Assembly: GCA_964016885.1 (NCBI GenBank)
Contig: OZ024744.1
Coordinates: 125,550,001 to 125,614,000 of the forward strand
Direction of reading: 5' to 3'
Length of the DNA: 64,000 nucleotides
DNA from: Eledone cirrhosa
Lineage: Eukaryota
Positions within the stretch are counted from its first letter, which is position 1, and every line of letters starts with the position of its first letter. Shown here in pieces: positions 49,331-64,000 of the stretch. The notes beneath the pieces were generated by a model, which did no database searches, was not told where the DNA came from, and worked only from the letters and a program-made list of their open reading frames with translations. Made by a program: the position numbers and the translations under genes.

Positions 49331-49983
49331 GCTTCTTTAGAACACATCTGCTGTATTCAGACCTGGAGCGGAGATGGGCTCCACCAAGTTTTAAAAATTG
49401 CCCTTTAAGCGCTGTATGTCAATATGGTGCCCCTATGATTCCCTCCCTCAGGAGTTATGGGACCATAGATACTGTCAATTGTAAAGAATAACAGAGATAT
49501 TCAGTGCTAGTGTGGTGTTCTGTCAGTTGTGGAGATTGATGAATCTAAACAGAAATATCAACAGCACTTTTCATTTCTGAGTAACACATTTGTTACCAAG
49601 TGCTGCATGGCTGGAATGAAAATCAGTGCTGTGAAAACCAAGACATTCATCCTCTCAAGGAAGCTTGTGCAGTGCACTCTACATGTAAATGGAGTCCCAC
49701 TGAAGCAGGTAGAAAAGTTCATGTATCTCGAAGCTGTGTTCACGAGTGATGACAGAGACGGCAAAGGCACAACACACAACAGAAGAAAAGAACAATGACA
49801 ATTATTATTATTATTATTATTATTATTATTTGTTTTATTAGTTTTATTATAATAAAAATTGTGCTGTTAGTTTGCTTGCTATACCATCATGTACCCTAAC
49901 CCTAAACCTAACCCCAACTCCAACTCTGACCCTAAACCTAACCCCAACCCCAACCCCAACCCTAACCCTAACCCTAACCCTAA

Positions 49984-51946
49984 CCCACGATAGAAGACGT
50001 TCGTTACCGCTGGAGCAACGCAAATTACTCCTCGGTTGACGCCAAAAACGAACGCCTTCTCGACGGCTAGCCGCATTTCGTGATCCGCCTTTCGATTGCG
50101 CTTCCGTCGCGGAAAAAGAATTGCCTTTATAGGCCGCCGCCGCCCGACCGGACCCACGATAGAAGACGTTCGTTACCGCTGGAGCAACGCAAATTACTCC
50201 TCGGTTGACGCCAAAAACGAACGCCTTCTCGACGGCTAGCTGCATTTCGTGATCCGCCTTTCGATTGCGCTTCCGTCGCGGAAAAAGAATTGCCTTTATA
50301 GGCCGCCGCCGCCCGACCGGACCCACGATAGAAGACGTTCGTTACCGCTGGAGCAACGCAAATTACTCCTCGGTTGACGCCAAAAACGAACGCCTTCTCG
50401 ACGGCTAGCCGCATTTCGTGATCCGCCTTTCGATTGCGCTTCCGTCGCGGAAAAAGAATTGCCTTTATAGGCCGCCGCCGCCGCCCGACCGGACCCACGA
50501 TAGAAGACGTTCGTTACCGCTGGAGCAACGCAAATTACTCCTCGGTTGACGCCAAAAACGAACGCCTTCTCGACGGCTAGCCGCATTTCGTGATCCGCCT
50601 TTCGATTGCGCTTCCGTCGCGGAAAAAGAATTGCCTTTATAGGCCGCCGCCGCCGCCCGACCGGACCCACGATAGAAGACGTTCGTTACCGCTGGAGCAA
50701 CGCAAATTACTCCTCGGTTGACGCCAAAAACGAACGCCTTCTCGACGGCTAGCCGCATTTCGTGATCCGCCTTTCGATTGCGCTTCCGTCGCGGAAAAAG
50801 AATTGCCTTTATAGGCCGCCGCCGCCGCCCGACCGGACCCACGATAGAAGACGTTCGTTACCGCTGGAGCAACGCAAATTACTCCTCGGTTGACGCCAAA
50901 AACGAACGCCTTCTCGACGGCTAGCCGCATTTCGTGATCCGCCTTTCGATTGCGCTTCCGTCGCGGAAAAAGAATTGCCTTTATAGGCCGCCGCCGCCGC
51001 CCGACCGGACCCACGATAGAAGACGTTCGTTACCGCTGGAGCAACGCAAATTACTCCTCGGTTGACGCCAAAAACGAACGCCTTCTCGACGGCTAGCCGC
51101 ATTTCGTGATCCGCCTTTCGATTGCGCTTCCGTCGCGGAAAAAGAATTGCCTTTATAGGCCGCCGCCGCCGCCCGACCGGACCCACGATAGAAGACGTTC
51201 GTTACCGCTGGAGCAACGCAAATTACTCCTCGGTTGACGCCAAAAACGAACGCCTTCTCGACGGCTAGCCGCATTTCGTGATCCGCCTTTCGATTGCGCT
51301 TCCGTCGCGGAAAAAGAATTGCCTTTATAGGCCGCCGCCGCCGCCCGACCGGACCCACGATAGAAGACGTTCGTTACCGCTGGAGCAACGCAAATTACTC
51401 CTCGGTTGACGCCAAAAACGAACGCCTTCTCGACGGCTAGCCGCATTTCGTGATCCGCCTTTCGATTGCGCTTCCGTCGCGGAAAAAGAATTGCCTTTAT
51501 AGGCCGCCGCCGCCGCCCGACCGGACCCACGATAGAAGACGTTCGTTACCGCTGGAGCAACGCAAATTACTCCTCGGTTGACGCCAAAAACGAACGCCTT
51601 CTCGACGGCTAGCCGCATTTCGTGATCCGCCTTTCGATTGCGCTTCCGTCGCGGAAAAAGAATTGCCTTTATAGGCCGCCGCCGCCGCCCGACCGGACCC
51701 ACGATAGAAGACGTTCGTTACCGCTGGAGCAACGCAAATTACTCCTCGGTTGACGCCAAAAACGAACGCCTTCTCGACGGCTAGCCGCATTTCGTGATCC
51801 GCCTTTCGATTGCGCTTCCGTCGCGGAAAAAGAATTGCCTTTATAGGCCGCCGCCGCCGCCCGACCGGACCCACGATAGAAGACGTTCGTTACCGCTGGA
51901 GCAACGCAAATTACTCCTCGGTTGACGCCAAAAACGAACGCCTTCC
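49984..51946 (+). repeat. 172-bp tandem array, ~11.4 copies (first two 169 bp)
   Basis: Units start at 49984, 50153, 50322, 50494 and then every 172 bp to 51870. Confidence 0.93.
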
Positions 51947-51960
51947 GGTTCGGGCGACGT

Positions 51961-52531
51961 AAAAAAAATATCTCGGTGGTAGTAGCAAATATTCGAACGA
52001 GACATTCGTATGCGAAAGAACGTTTGTCGGTGGTAGTAGCAAATATTCGAACGAGACATTCGTATGCGAAAGAACGTTTGTCTGGAAGTGGCGATCCATG
52101 CTCGGTGGATAGTTGGTTCCGGGTTTTACTATGATTGTTGCAAAACAGAAACTTAAAGGGATTGACAGAATTTGCGATTCCGGAGAGGGGGCGATCCGTC
52201 TGCTTGATTCCGATAACGAACGAGACATTCGTATCCGAAAGAACGTTTGTCTGGAAACTGGTGAGTCAGTGAGTCGAAAAAAAAATATCTCGGTGGTAGT
52301 AGCAAATATTCGTATGCGAAAGAAAAGATCTCGGTGGTAGTAGCAAATATTCGAACGAGACATTCGTATGCGAAAGAAAAATATCTCGGTGGTAGTAGCA
52401 AATATTCGAACGAGACATTCGTATTCGAAAGAACGTTTGTCTGGAAGTTGCGATCCATGCCCGGTGGATAGTTGGTTCCGGGCTTTACTATGATTGTTGC
52501 AAAACAGAAACTTAAAGGAATTGACAGAATT
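51961..52531 (+). repeat. Remnant (~1.6 monomers) of the rRNA-mosaic satellite
   Basis: Matches 18060-18630, including the CATGCTCGG variant. Confidence 0.93.
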
Positions 52532-54561
52532 TTCGAATCGACATCAACTCGGCTACGGCTATCCCGTCGAGTACGAGAGTATCGCGGGATCAGAGCAACG
52601 GTTTGCTAGGCTGCCTCTGAGCGATAACGGCTGAACGCCTCCTCTAAGCCGGAACCCTAGCCGGACCCGAGTTGTTTTTCGACAAGCGTCTCGACCTTCT
52701 TAAGGCCCATGCCTTAGTTTGGCGATTGCCGTCCGTTCGCCGACGGCGGCAGCGTCAGCGGAAATGCCATTCTGTGACGACTACGACGATTCGTCGTCGT
52801 CGTCGTCCATTCGATTTCCTGAAAGAGATAGAGACTAAAGTGATCAAATTGTTCGGAGTTACGTGCTTAGTAGAGCAGCTACCACACTGCAATCTATTGA
52901 GAGTTTTCTGACGAACGATACAATCCGCCCACGTGGCGCCAGAAAGGGAGAAGAAAAGAAAAGTTAGACGCCGCCGATCGATCGGTTCGTTGTTTTACGT
53001 GTACACAGCTTGTGTGTGTGTCTGTATGTGATACAAGCCGCCTATCCGTCTTCCAAGTAAGTTTTGTGTGTAGACTGCGGAAAGAAATCCAATCCGCCGT
53101 CTAGGCGGTTCTGCCGCCGACCCATACTTTTGCGAGTCGCTCCCGGGAAAGACAGGCGGCAAGACGGCGTGTATACACGACGCCTTCCGTCTTCCGCCTC
53201 GAACCCGGGCAAACGTTCCTTTATTCGTCCACGCCTTCCCGCTTCGATCGCGAGAAAGTAATCAATCTGTTTTGTGTGTGTGTCTGTGTGTGATACAAAT
53301 TTGTTTTCTTAATTTGATAACCATGAATTGTTTCAACACCGGCCCTTTTAAGGGCCACTTATATTTTCAATAATCAGTTTAAATGGGTTGCACCGTAGCC
53401 ACTTGGTAATACACTGCAAATCTCCCGTCAATCTATGAAGGTTTTGTAGTAGATTAGATCAAAACACAATCAGCAAGACAGTAATGGAATGAATAATATA
53501 AACATTTGTTTATAATTAAAGCCTTAAGATGTCCCTCCCTTCCTCCCTTCCTTCCTTCCTTCCTTCCTTCCTTACGATATACACTTTAATAACATTGAAA
53601 CTTATTTAATAAGTTTAAATTTTAAACACTTTTTATTCAGACGTACCGCGATAAGTAACTAGATATGTTCTAACGAATAATCCGCGATGTGGCGAGGATT
53701 ACCGCGATAGGAAATTAGATACGTTCCAAAGAAATATCCGCGAAAAGTGAACCGCGATATAGCGGGTTCACCAGCCAGTGTATTACTGGTACTTTATTTT
53801 ATCGACCCCCATAAGGATGAAAGGCAAAGTTAACTGTGCAATAACAAAGGGAGATAACCTCGTCTTTTTTTTTTTACGGAGTTATTTCCCTTTAAATTTT
53901 ATCTATTACTTATGATGATACAATTTAATCAGTTCTTAGCTGTCGAGACACTGCATCCTTTAAAACCTCCATGGAACAAGCTACCTGCAACAGTTGTTAG
54001 CTGTCGAGACACTGCATCTTTTAAAACCTCCATGGAACAAACTACCTGCATCAGTTGTTAGGGTCTGAGTTCAAATCACGCCGAGGAGGTTAACTTTGCC
54101 TTTCATCCTTACGGGGTCGGTCGGAAAACGAACCATTCCCGGTTCGCTTTCGAAGCGGGTTTCCGAAAACAGCGCTTCTCTCGACCGGGCCCGTCGTCCG
54201 CTCGGCGGTGGTTTTCATCGTCCCAGGCACGGCTAACAGGCGGAGACGGGACAAACGCGCGTGTTCCTTTTTTTATCAGCCGCAGCGCCGTTCGTATATA
54301 TGCTTAGGTTGTTTTTTTTTTAAATATCCTAAGTTAAGTTGGGGCTAAGTTAAGTTGGGGCTAAGTTAAGTTGAGGTTAAGTTGAGTTGGGGTTAAGTTA
54401 AGTGGGGGTTAAGTTAAGCTGGGGTTAAGTTAAGTTGAGGTTAAGTTAAGTTGGGGTTAAGTCAAGTTGGGGTTAAGTTAAGTTGGGGTTAAGTTAGGTT
54501 GGGGTTAAGTTAGGTTGGGGTTAAGTTAAGTTGGGGTTAAGTTAGGTTGCGGTTAAGTTAC

Positions 54562-57500
54562 ATTCGCCGCCGGACTTCAGCTTCCTCATTTAGCATGGGC
54601 AGTTTTTCTTGAAAATCACACCACACACAGCAAATGTGTGTCCGCACATGTACCAGTAATTACAGATCGATTCCGGTGAAAATTCACTGAAAACGGGCCA
54701 TCCGGCCCTGTGCGTCGATCGTGGGCCGGCCGGATGTTGACGGATCGATGTGTAATTAGAAGTACATGTGCGGACACTCATTGGCTGTGCGTGGTATGCA
54801 TTTCAGCAAGATATCTCCGTAACATCAAGAGTTATGGCTGTGGAGGCACACCTAGTCAAACGTAAACAAGGTCTGGAGCGTTTACGCTTCGCGATTTTGT
54901 TTACGTTTGACTAGGTGTGCCTCCACAGCCACAACTCTTGATGTTACGGAGATATCTTGCTGAAATGCATACCACGCACAGCCAATGAGTGTCCGCACAT
55001 GTACTTCTAATTACACATCGATCCGTCAACATCCGGCCGGCCCACGATCGACGCACAGGGCCGGATGGCCCGTTTTCAGTGAATTTTCACCGGAATCGAT
55101 CTGTAATTACTGGTACATGTGCGGAGACACATTTGCTGTGTGTGGTGTGATTTTCAAGAAAAACTGCCCATGCTAAATGAGGAAGCTGAAGTCCGCCGGC
55201 GAATGGTGTGCTTCGAAGAAAACTAATTCGAAAATGACCGTTTGCAGGCGGAGTAACCTTTTCGATCGTGGGCCAGCCGCCCGTGGTGGGATCCATCTGT
55301 AATTACTGGTACATGTGCGGACATACATTTGCTGTGTGTGGTGTGATTTTCAAGAAGAACTGCCCATGCTAAATGAGGAAGCTGAAGTCCGCCGGCGAAT
55401 GGTGTGCTTCGAAGAAAACTAATTCGAAAATGACCGTTTGCAGGCGGGGTAACCTTTTCGATCGTGGGCCAGCCGCCCGTGGTGGGATACATCTGTAATT
55501 ACTGGTACATGTGCGGACACACATTTGCTGTGTGTGGTGTGATTTTCGAGAAAGACTGCCCATGCTAAATGAGGAAGCTGAAGTCCGCCGGCGAATGGTG
55601 TGCTTCGAAGAAAACTAATTCGAAAATGACTATTTGCCGGCGGAATCACCTTTTCGGTCCTGGTCCGGCCGGATCTTGCCGGATCGATCGGAAATTTGTG
55701 GACCATGTTCGGAAGGCCATTGTGCATGTGTGGTGAAAAAAATTTGTGTCGAAATCTTCTCGGAAAATAACGGATCGCCGGCGGAGATTGCCATTTCGAT
55801 CGTGGGCCGGCCGGATCTTGTCGGATCGATTCGGACATATGTGCATCGTGTTCTCAAGGCCCTTGTCTATGTGTGGTGTGATTTTCATAAAGAAATTCCG
55901 AAAAACCCAGTTTTAAATCTGATTTCGCCAAAGAATTTTGGCTATCAGATCGGGTTGAAAGGTATGGTTTCAGGTCGATCTGAAAGTCTAAAATGGAATT
56001 CACTCGGTTAGCTAACTATTGATATTTCGGAGATATCTTTCTGAAAATCACACCACACACTCCCAATGAGTGTCTGCACATGTACCAGTAATTACAGATG
56101 GATCCCACCACGGGCGGCCGGCCCACGATCGAAAAGGTTACTCCGAAGCACACCATTCGCCGGCGGAATTCATTTAGCATGGGCAGTTTTTCTCGAAAAT
56201 CACACCACACACAGCCAATGAGTGTCCGCACATGTACCAGTAATTACAGATGGATCCCACCACGGGCGGCTGGCCCACGATCGAAAAGGTTACTCCGCCT
56301 GCAAACGGTCATTTTCGAATTCGTTTTCTTCGAAGCACACGATTCGCCGGCGGACTTCAGCTGCCTCATTTAGCATGGGCAGTTTTTCTCGAAAATCACA
56401 CCACACACAGCAAATGTGTGTCCGCACATGTACCAGTAATTACAGATCGATTCCGGTGAAAATTCACTGAAAACGGGCCATTCGGCCCTGTGCGTCGATC
56501 GTGGGCCGGCCGGATGTTGACGGATCGATGTGTAATTAGAAGTACATGTGCGGACACTCATTGGCTGTGCGTGGTATGCATTTCAGCAAGATATCTCCGT
56601 AACATCAAGAGTTATGGCTGTGGAGGCACACCTAGTCAAACGTAAACAAGCTCTGGAGCGTATACGCTTCGCGATTTTGTTTACGTTTGACTAGGTGTGC
56701 CTCCACAGCCACAACTCTTGATGTTACGGAGATATCTTGCTGAAATGCATACCACGCACAGCCAATGAGTGTCCGCACATGTACTTCTAATTACACATCG
56801 ATCCGTCAACATCCGGCCGGCCCACGATCGACGCACAGGGCCGGATGGCCCGTTTTCAGTGAATTTTCACCGGAATCGATCTGTAATTACTGGTACATGT
56901 GCGGACACACATTTGCTGTGTGTGGTGTGATTTTCACGAAAAACTGCCCATGCTAAATGAGGAAGCTGAAGTCCGCCGGCGAATGGTGTGCTTCGAAGAA
57001 AACTAATTCGAAAATGACCGTTTGCAGGCGGAGTAACCTTTTCGATCGTGGGCCAGCCGCCCGTGGTGGGATACATCTGTAATTACTGGTACATGTGCGG
57101 ACACACATTTGCTGTGTGTGGTGTGATTTTCGAGAAAGACTGCCCATGCTAAATGAGGAAGCTGAAGTCCGCCGGCGAATGGTGTGCTTCGAAGAAAACT
57201 AATTCGAAAATGACTATTTGCCGGCGGAATCACCTTTTCGGTCCTGGTCCGGCCGGATCTTGCCGGATCGATCGGAAATTTGTGGACCATGTTCGGAAGG
57301 CCATTGTGCATGTGTGGTGAAAAAAATTTGTGTCGAAATCTTCTCGGAAAATAACGGATCGCCGGCGGAGATTGCCATTTCGATCGTGGGCCGGCCGGAT
57401 CTTGTCGGATCGATTCGGACATATGTGCATCGTGTTCGCAAGGCCCTTGTCTATGTGTGGTGTGATTTTCATAAAGAAATTCCGAAAAACCCAGTTTTAA

Positions 57501-60500
57501 ATCTGATTTCGCCAAAGAATTTTGGCTATCAGATCGGGTTGAAAGGTATGGTTTCAGGTCGATCTGAAAGTCTAAAATGGAATTCACTCGGTTAGCTAAC
57601 TATTGATATATCGGAGATATCTTTCTGAAAATCACACCACACACTCCCAATGAGTGTCTGCACATGTACCAGTAATTACAGATGGATCCCACCACGGGCG
57701 GCCGGCCCACGATCGAAAAGGTTACTCCGAAGCACACCATTCGCCGGCGGAATTCATTTAGCATGGGCAGTTTTTCTCGAAAATCACACCACACACAGCC
57801 AATGAGTGTCCGCACATGTACCAGTAATTACAGATGGATCCCACCACGGGCGGCTGGCCCACGATCGAAAAGGTTACTCCGCCTGCAAACGGTCATTTTC
57901 GAATTAGTTTTCTTCGAAGCACACCATTCGCCGGCGGACTTCAGCTTCCTCATTTAGCATGGGCAGTTTTTCTTGAAAATCACACCACACACAGCAAATG
58001 TGTGTCCGCACATGTACCAGTAATTACAGATCGATTCCGGTGAAAATTCACTGAAAACGGGCCATTCGGCCCTGTGCGTCGATCGTGGGCCGGCCGGATG
58101 TTGACGGATCGATGTGTAATTAGAAGTACATGTGCGGACACTCATTGGCTGTGCGTGGTATGCATTTCAGCAAGATATCTCCGTAACATCAAGAGTTATG
58201 GCTGTGGAGGCACACCTAGTCAAACGTAAACAAGCTCTGGAGCGTATACGCTTCGCGATTTTGTTTACGTTTGACTAGTTGTGCCTCCACAGCCACAACT
58301 CTTGATGTTACGGAGATATCTTGCTGAAATGCATACCACGCACAGCCAATGAGTGTCCGCACATGTACTTCTAATTACACATCGATCCGTCAACATCCGG
58401 CCGGCCCACGATCGACGCACAGGGCCGGATGGCCCGTTTGCAGTGAATTTTCACCGGAATCGATCTGTAATTACTGGTACATGTGCGGACACACATTTGC
58501 TGTGTGTGGTGTGATTTTCACGAAAAACTGCCCATGCTAAATGAGGAAGCTGAAGTCCGCCGGCGAATGGTGTGCTTCGAAGAAAACTAATTCGAAAATG
58601 ACCGTTTGCAGGCGGAGTAACCTTTTCGATCGTGGGCCAGCCGCCCGTGGTGGGATACATCTGTAATTACTGGTACATGTGCGGACACACATTTGCTGTG
58701 TGTGGTGTGATTTTCGAGAAAGACTGCCCATGCTAAATGAGGAAGCTGAAGTCCGCCGGCGAATGGTGTGCTTCGAAGAAAACTAATTCGAAAATGACTA
58801 TTTGCCGGCGGAATCACCTTTTCGGTCCTGGTCCGGCCGGATCTTGCCGGATCGATCGGAAATTTGTGGACCATGTTCGGAAGGCCATTGTGCATGTGTG
58901 GTGAAAAAAATTTGTGTCGAAATCTTCTCGGAAAATAACGGATCGCCGGCGGAGATTGCCATTTCGATCGTGGGCCGGCCGGATCTTGTCGGATCGATTC
59001 GGACATATGTGCATCGTGTTCGCAAGGCCCTTGTCTATGTGTGGTGTGATTTTCATAAAGAAATTCCGAAAAACCCAGTTTTAAATCTGATTTCGCCAAA
59101 GAATTTTGGCTATCAGATCGGGTTGAAAGGTATGGTTTCAGGTCGATCTGAAAGTCTAAAATGGGATTCACTCGGTTAGCTAACTTTTGATATATCGGAG
59201 ATATCTTTCTGAAAATCACACCACACACTCCCAATGAGTGTCTGCACATGTACCAGTAATTACAGATGGATCCCACCACGGGCGGCCGGCCCACGATCGA
59301 AAAGGTTACTCCGAAGCACACCATTCGCCGGCGGAATTCATTTAGCATGGGCAGTTTTTCTCGAAAATCACACCACACACAGCCAATGAGTGTCCGCACA
59401 TGTACCAGTAATTACAGATGGATCCCACCACGGGCGGCTGGCCCACGATCGAAAAGGTTACTCCGCCTGCAAACGGTCATTTTCGAATTCGTTTTCTTCG
59501 AAGCACACGATTCGCCGGCGGACTTCAGCTGCCTCATTTAGCATGGGCAGTTTTTCTCGAAACTCACACCACACACAGCAAATGTGTGTCCGCACATGTA
59601 CCAGTAATTACAGATCGATTCCGGTGAAAATTCACTGAAAACGGGCCATTCGGCCCTGTGCGTCGATCGTGGGCCGGCCGGATGTTGACGGATCGATGTG
59701 TAATTAGAAGTACATGTGCGGACACTCATTGGCTGTGCGTGGTATGCATTTCAGCAAGATATCTCCGTAACATCAAGAGTTATGGCTGTGGAGGCACACC
59801 TAGTCAAACGTAAACAAGCTCTGGAGCGTATACGCTTCGCGATTTTGTTTACGTTTGACTAGGTGTGCCTCCACAGCCATAACTCTTGATGTTACGGAGA
59901 TATCTTGCTGAAATGCATACCACGCACAGCCAATGAGTGTCCGCACATGTACTTCTAATTACACATCGATCCGTCAACATCCGGCCGGCCCACGATCGAC
60001 GCACAGGGCCGGATGGCCCGTTTGCAGTGAATTTTCACCGGAATCGATCTGTAATTACTGGTACATGTGCGGACACACATTTGCTGTGTGTGGTGTGATT
60101 TTCACGAAAAACTGCCCATGCTAAATGAGGAAGCTGAAGTCCGCCGGCGAATGGTGTGCTTCGAAGAAAACTAATTCGAAAATGACCGTTTGCAGGCGGA
60201 GTAACCTTTTCGATCGTGGGCCAGCCGCCCGTGGTGGGATACATCTGTAATTACTGGTACATGTGCGGACACACATTTGCTGTGTGTGGTGTGATTTTCG
60301 AGAAAGACTGCCCATGCTAAATGAGGAAGCTGAAGTCCGCCGGCGAATGGTGTGCTTCGAAGAAAACTAATTCGAAAATGACTATTTGCCGGCGGAATCA
60401 CCTTTTCGGTCCTGGTCCGGCCGGATCTTGCCGGATCGATCGGAAATTTGTGGACCATGTTCGGAAGGCCATTGTGCATGTGTGGTGAAAAAAATTTGTG

Positions 60501-61171
60501 TCGAAATCTTCTCGGAAAATAACGGATCGCCGGCGGAGATTGCCATTTCGATCGTGGGCCGGCCGGATCTTGTCGGATCGATTCGGACATATGTGCATCG
60601 TGTTCGCAAGGCCCTTGTCTATGTGTGGTGTGATTTTCATAAAGAAATTCCGAAAAACCCAGTTTTAAATCTGATTTCGCCAAAGAATTTTGGCTATCAG
60701 ATCGGGTTGAAAGGTATGGTTTCAGGTCGATCTGAAAGTCTAAAATGGAATTCACTCGGTTAGCTAACTTTTGATATATCGGAGATATCTTTCTGAAAAT
60801 CACACCACACACTCCCAATGAGTGTCTGCACATGTACCAGTAATTACAGATGGATCCCACCACGGGCGGCCGGCCCACGATCGAAAAGGTTACTCCGAAG
60901 CACACCATTCGCCGGCGGAATTCATTTAGCATGGGCAGTTTTTCTCGAAAATCACACCACACACAGCCAATGAGTGTCCGCACATGTACCAGTAATTACA
61001 GATGGATCCCACCACGGGCGGCTGGCCCACGATCGAAAAGGTTACTCCGCCTGCAAACGGTCATTTTCGAATTCGTTTTCTTCGAAGCACACGATTCGCC
61101 GGCGGACTTCAGCTGCCTCATTTAGCATGGGCAGTTTTTCTCGAAAATCACACCACACACAGCCAATGAGT
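54562..61171. repeat. Palindromic 1,584-bp satellite, copy in unit 2
   Basis: Matches 20661-27270 at offset 33,901, including unit-specific variants. Confidence 0.95.
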
Positions 61172-61246
61172 TTAAAATACTCACCGTTTGATTTGGAAAA
61201 ACTTAAAATGCTCACATATATATGTGTATGTATTTATCTATGCATG

Positions 61247-61288
<42 letters not shown>

Positions 61289-61761
61289 TATGTATTTATC
61301 TATGTATTTATCTATATGCATGGATATATATATATATATATATATTTATCTATGTATTTATCTATATGCATGGATATATATATATATATATATGTATTTA
61401 TCTATGCATGTATGAATATATAAAATATATATATATATATATGTGTGTATGTATTTATCTATGCATGTATGAATATATAAAATATATATATATATATATA
61501 TGTATGTATTTATCTATGCATGTATATATATATAAAATATATACATAAATATATATATATATGTATTTATCTATGCATGTGTGCATACATATATATATAT
61601 ATATGTATTTATCTATACATGTATGTATATATATATATATACATATATAAGTATTTATCTATACATGTATGTATATATATATATACATATATATGTATTT
61701 ATCTATACATGTATGTATATATATATATATATATATGTATATAAGTATTTATCTATACATG

Positions 61762-61801
<40 letters not shown>

Positions 61802-64000
61802 AGTATTTATCTATACATGTATGTATATATAAAATATTGTCATGTTTACAAAAATATTTTTCTAATATCGTGTTTAATATTTTCTATTGTCGTCTGCTTC
61901 TCTTCTCACGTGGTTACTTACTCTCTCACCCTCTCTCTCTTTCCCCTCTCATACAACCCCTTCTTTCTCTTTCTTTCCCCTCTCACACAACCTCTTCTTT
62001 CTCTCTCTTTTTGCCAGTCCCTTCTCTCACTCTCTCTCCCTCTTCCTTTTTTATCTCTTTCTTTCTGTCTCTGTTTCCCTCCTATAGACATTCTCTCTCT
62101 CTCTTTCTGCTCTCACTCAGCCTTCTCTCTCTTTCCCCTCTCACACAGTCTTCTCTCTCTCTCTTTCCCCTCTCACACAGCATTCTCTCTCTCTCTCTCT
62201 CTCTTTCCCCTCTCACACAGCATTCTCTCTCTCTCTCTCTCTCTTTATTTCCCCTCTCACACAGCCTTCTCTCTCTATCTATCTATCTCTCTCTCTGGAG
62301 ATTTTTTAACACAAAGTCACACAAGGATTAGAAAAATGGCGATAATCACTTTGAAAGTAACAATTATGCAATAAATAGTTGTTATTGCCACGTCTCGTAT
62401 CCTCCTTTGGCAATGTGTAAAATGTTAGCGAGATCGAGTGAACAATACACAAGTTATAATACTTTACAGACGGGACTTATACAGTAGATGTAGCCAAATG
62501 CGTAGATTACGATTCTTGAGACGAGATTAAAATATACGATTAGGGGATACTTTAAGAAGACGAGTAGATGTTTGAGTAGATTTAGCTGCTTTTTCTAGCA
62601 TTTTTAGTTATACTTTGAAGCACATTTTTTTTGTTACTATTATATTAAAAGTTATCTGGTTACGTTATTTGACTGGTATTTCTAGCATTTTACAAGGACC
62701 ACGTGTGTGTTTTATTTAAGGAAGATCTAGTTGTTATTTCTGATATTTTCTTCATCAAGTTAGTTGCTATTTCCTGCATCCTCTTGAAGACAAGAAATAA
62801 TAATGAATTAGCTGCTGTTTCTAGTAGGTTCTATGGTAGTGATGAGCGTGGGAGGGGGGTTTGACTGCTATTTTTAGCAGGTTCTAAGGCATTGAGGTTT
62901 ATGTTTTACGAGAGATTTGGCTGTTATTTCTAACATGTTATAATGGAGAGAGAGAGAGAGTATAAGATATACAGAGAGAGGGAGTATAAGATATAGAGAG
63001 AGGGGAAACGGCCGATGTTTACGTTGAGAAAACCTAATAAAATGTTATAAATGGGTTTATAAAGAATAGAATGAGATAAACAAGACAAAGTTAGATAAAA
63101 TAAATCAGCTGTAAGGATATTATACGATATATTTATAATATTTTAATATATTTTTCCTGGTCGTCTGCTGCCATTGATAGAGAGAGGAGTGGTGGGAGGT
63201 AGCCATAACAACCGTGGTAGCAGCACTGAGGTTTGTTTTTAAAGAAGTGAATACAAGAAAAACAAGCAACTAAGAATATTAATCTCTTAAACCCTTCAAG
63301 ATGTGTATGACAAGAAAGAAGACGTTTTAGAGTCGTATGACATAGATGATAACTGGAAATTCTTACGTGACAACTTACTGCAGGCTACTGAAGAAACTTG
63401 TGGCTGGAGCAGAGCTCCGACCAGACAGAGAGTGACCTGGTGGTGGGACAACACGGTAGATAAGGCCATTAGAGACAAAAGACTAGCATGGAACACTTGA
63501 AAAAATGGTGGGAGTAGAGACCGATACACAGCTGCTAAGAGAGAAGCTAGACGTCAGATGTACTTAGCACGCACGGAGGCTGAGAGTAGGAGGTTTGCCA
63601 ATGTTCTGTGATGGGAAGATCAGAGGCGTGCGGTGTTCCACATTGCAAGGCATGGTGTCAGTGTAAATCAGGATGTTGTTGGAGATAAGTGTATCCGGAA
63701 TGATGCCAGTGTACTTGGTGTCACGAATGATCAAAAAAAGGAGGCCTGGAAATATCATTATGAGAGGCTGATGAATTGTGGAGAATGAATGGGAGAGAGG
63801 GAAACTATCCCCAGTAGACCCAACAGAGGGACCAGCTATTGAGATTGGGGAATATAGGGTACAAGAGGCAATTAAGGAAATGAAGAATGGCAAGGCTACA
63901 TTTAACCCTTTAGCATTTAAACCAGCCATACCTAGCCAGAATACTCTCACATCTTTCTGTTCAAACCAGCCATAACTGGCCACTCATACTGACGTTAAGG

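Overview
Repeat-dominated animal genomic DNA with no supportable host protein-coding gene. SINE, RTE and microsatellite content point to a mollusc, probably an octopus (inference). The window holds about 1.7 copies of a very young tandem macro-repeat: base 1 recurs at 38371 (offset 38,370-38,372), and after a 5,749-bp deletion the offset becomes 33,901. Each unit carries a CR1-clade LINE (APE+RT) sitting in a (TA)n/CACGTG microsatellite, fragments of RTE, Dong/R4 and CRE-like LINEs, SINEs, MITEs and minisatellites. It also carries two unusual blocks. (1) A collapsed mini-rDNA cassette: (CCCTAA)n, a 172-bp GC-rich tandem array, an ETS-like segment, the 18S 5' end, a ~5.8-kb satellite whose 317/459-bp monomers are a scrambled mosaic of conserved 18S and 28S motifs, and the 28S 3' end. 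(2) A 1,584-bp palindromic, foldback-like satellite. Nearly all ORF-track entries are spurious products of repeats.
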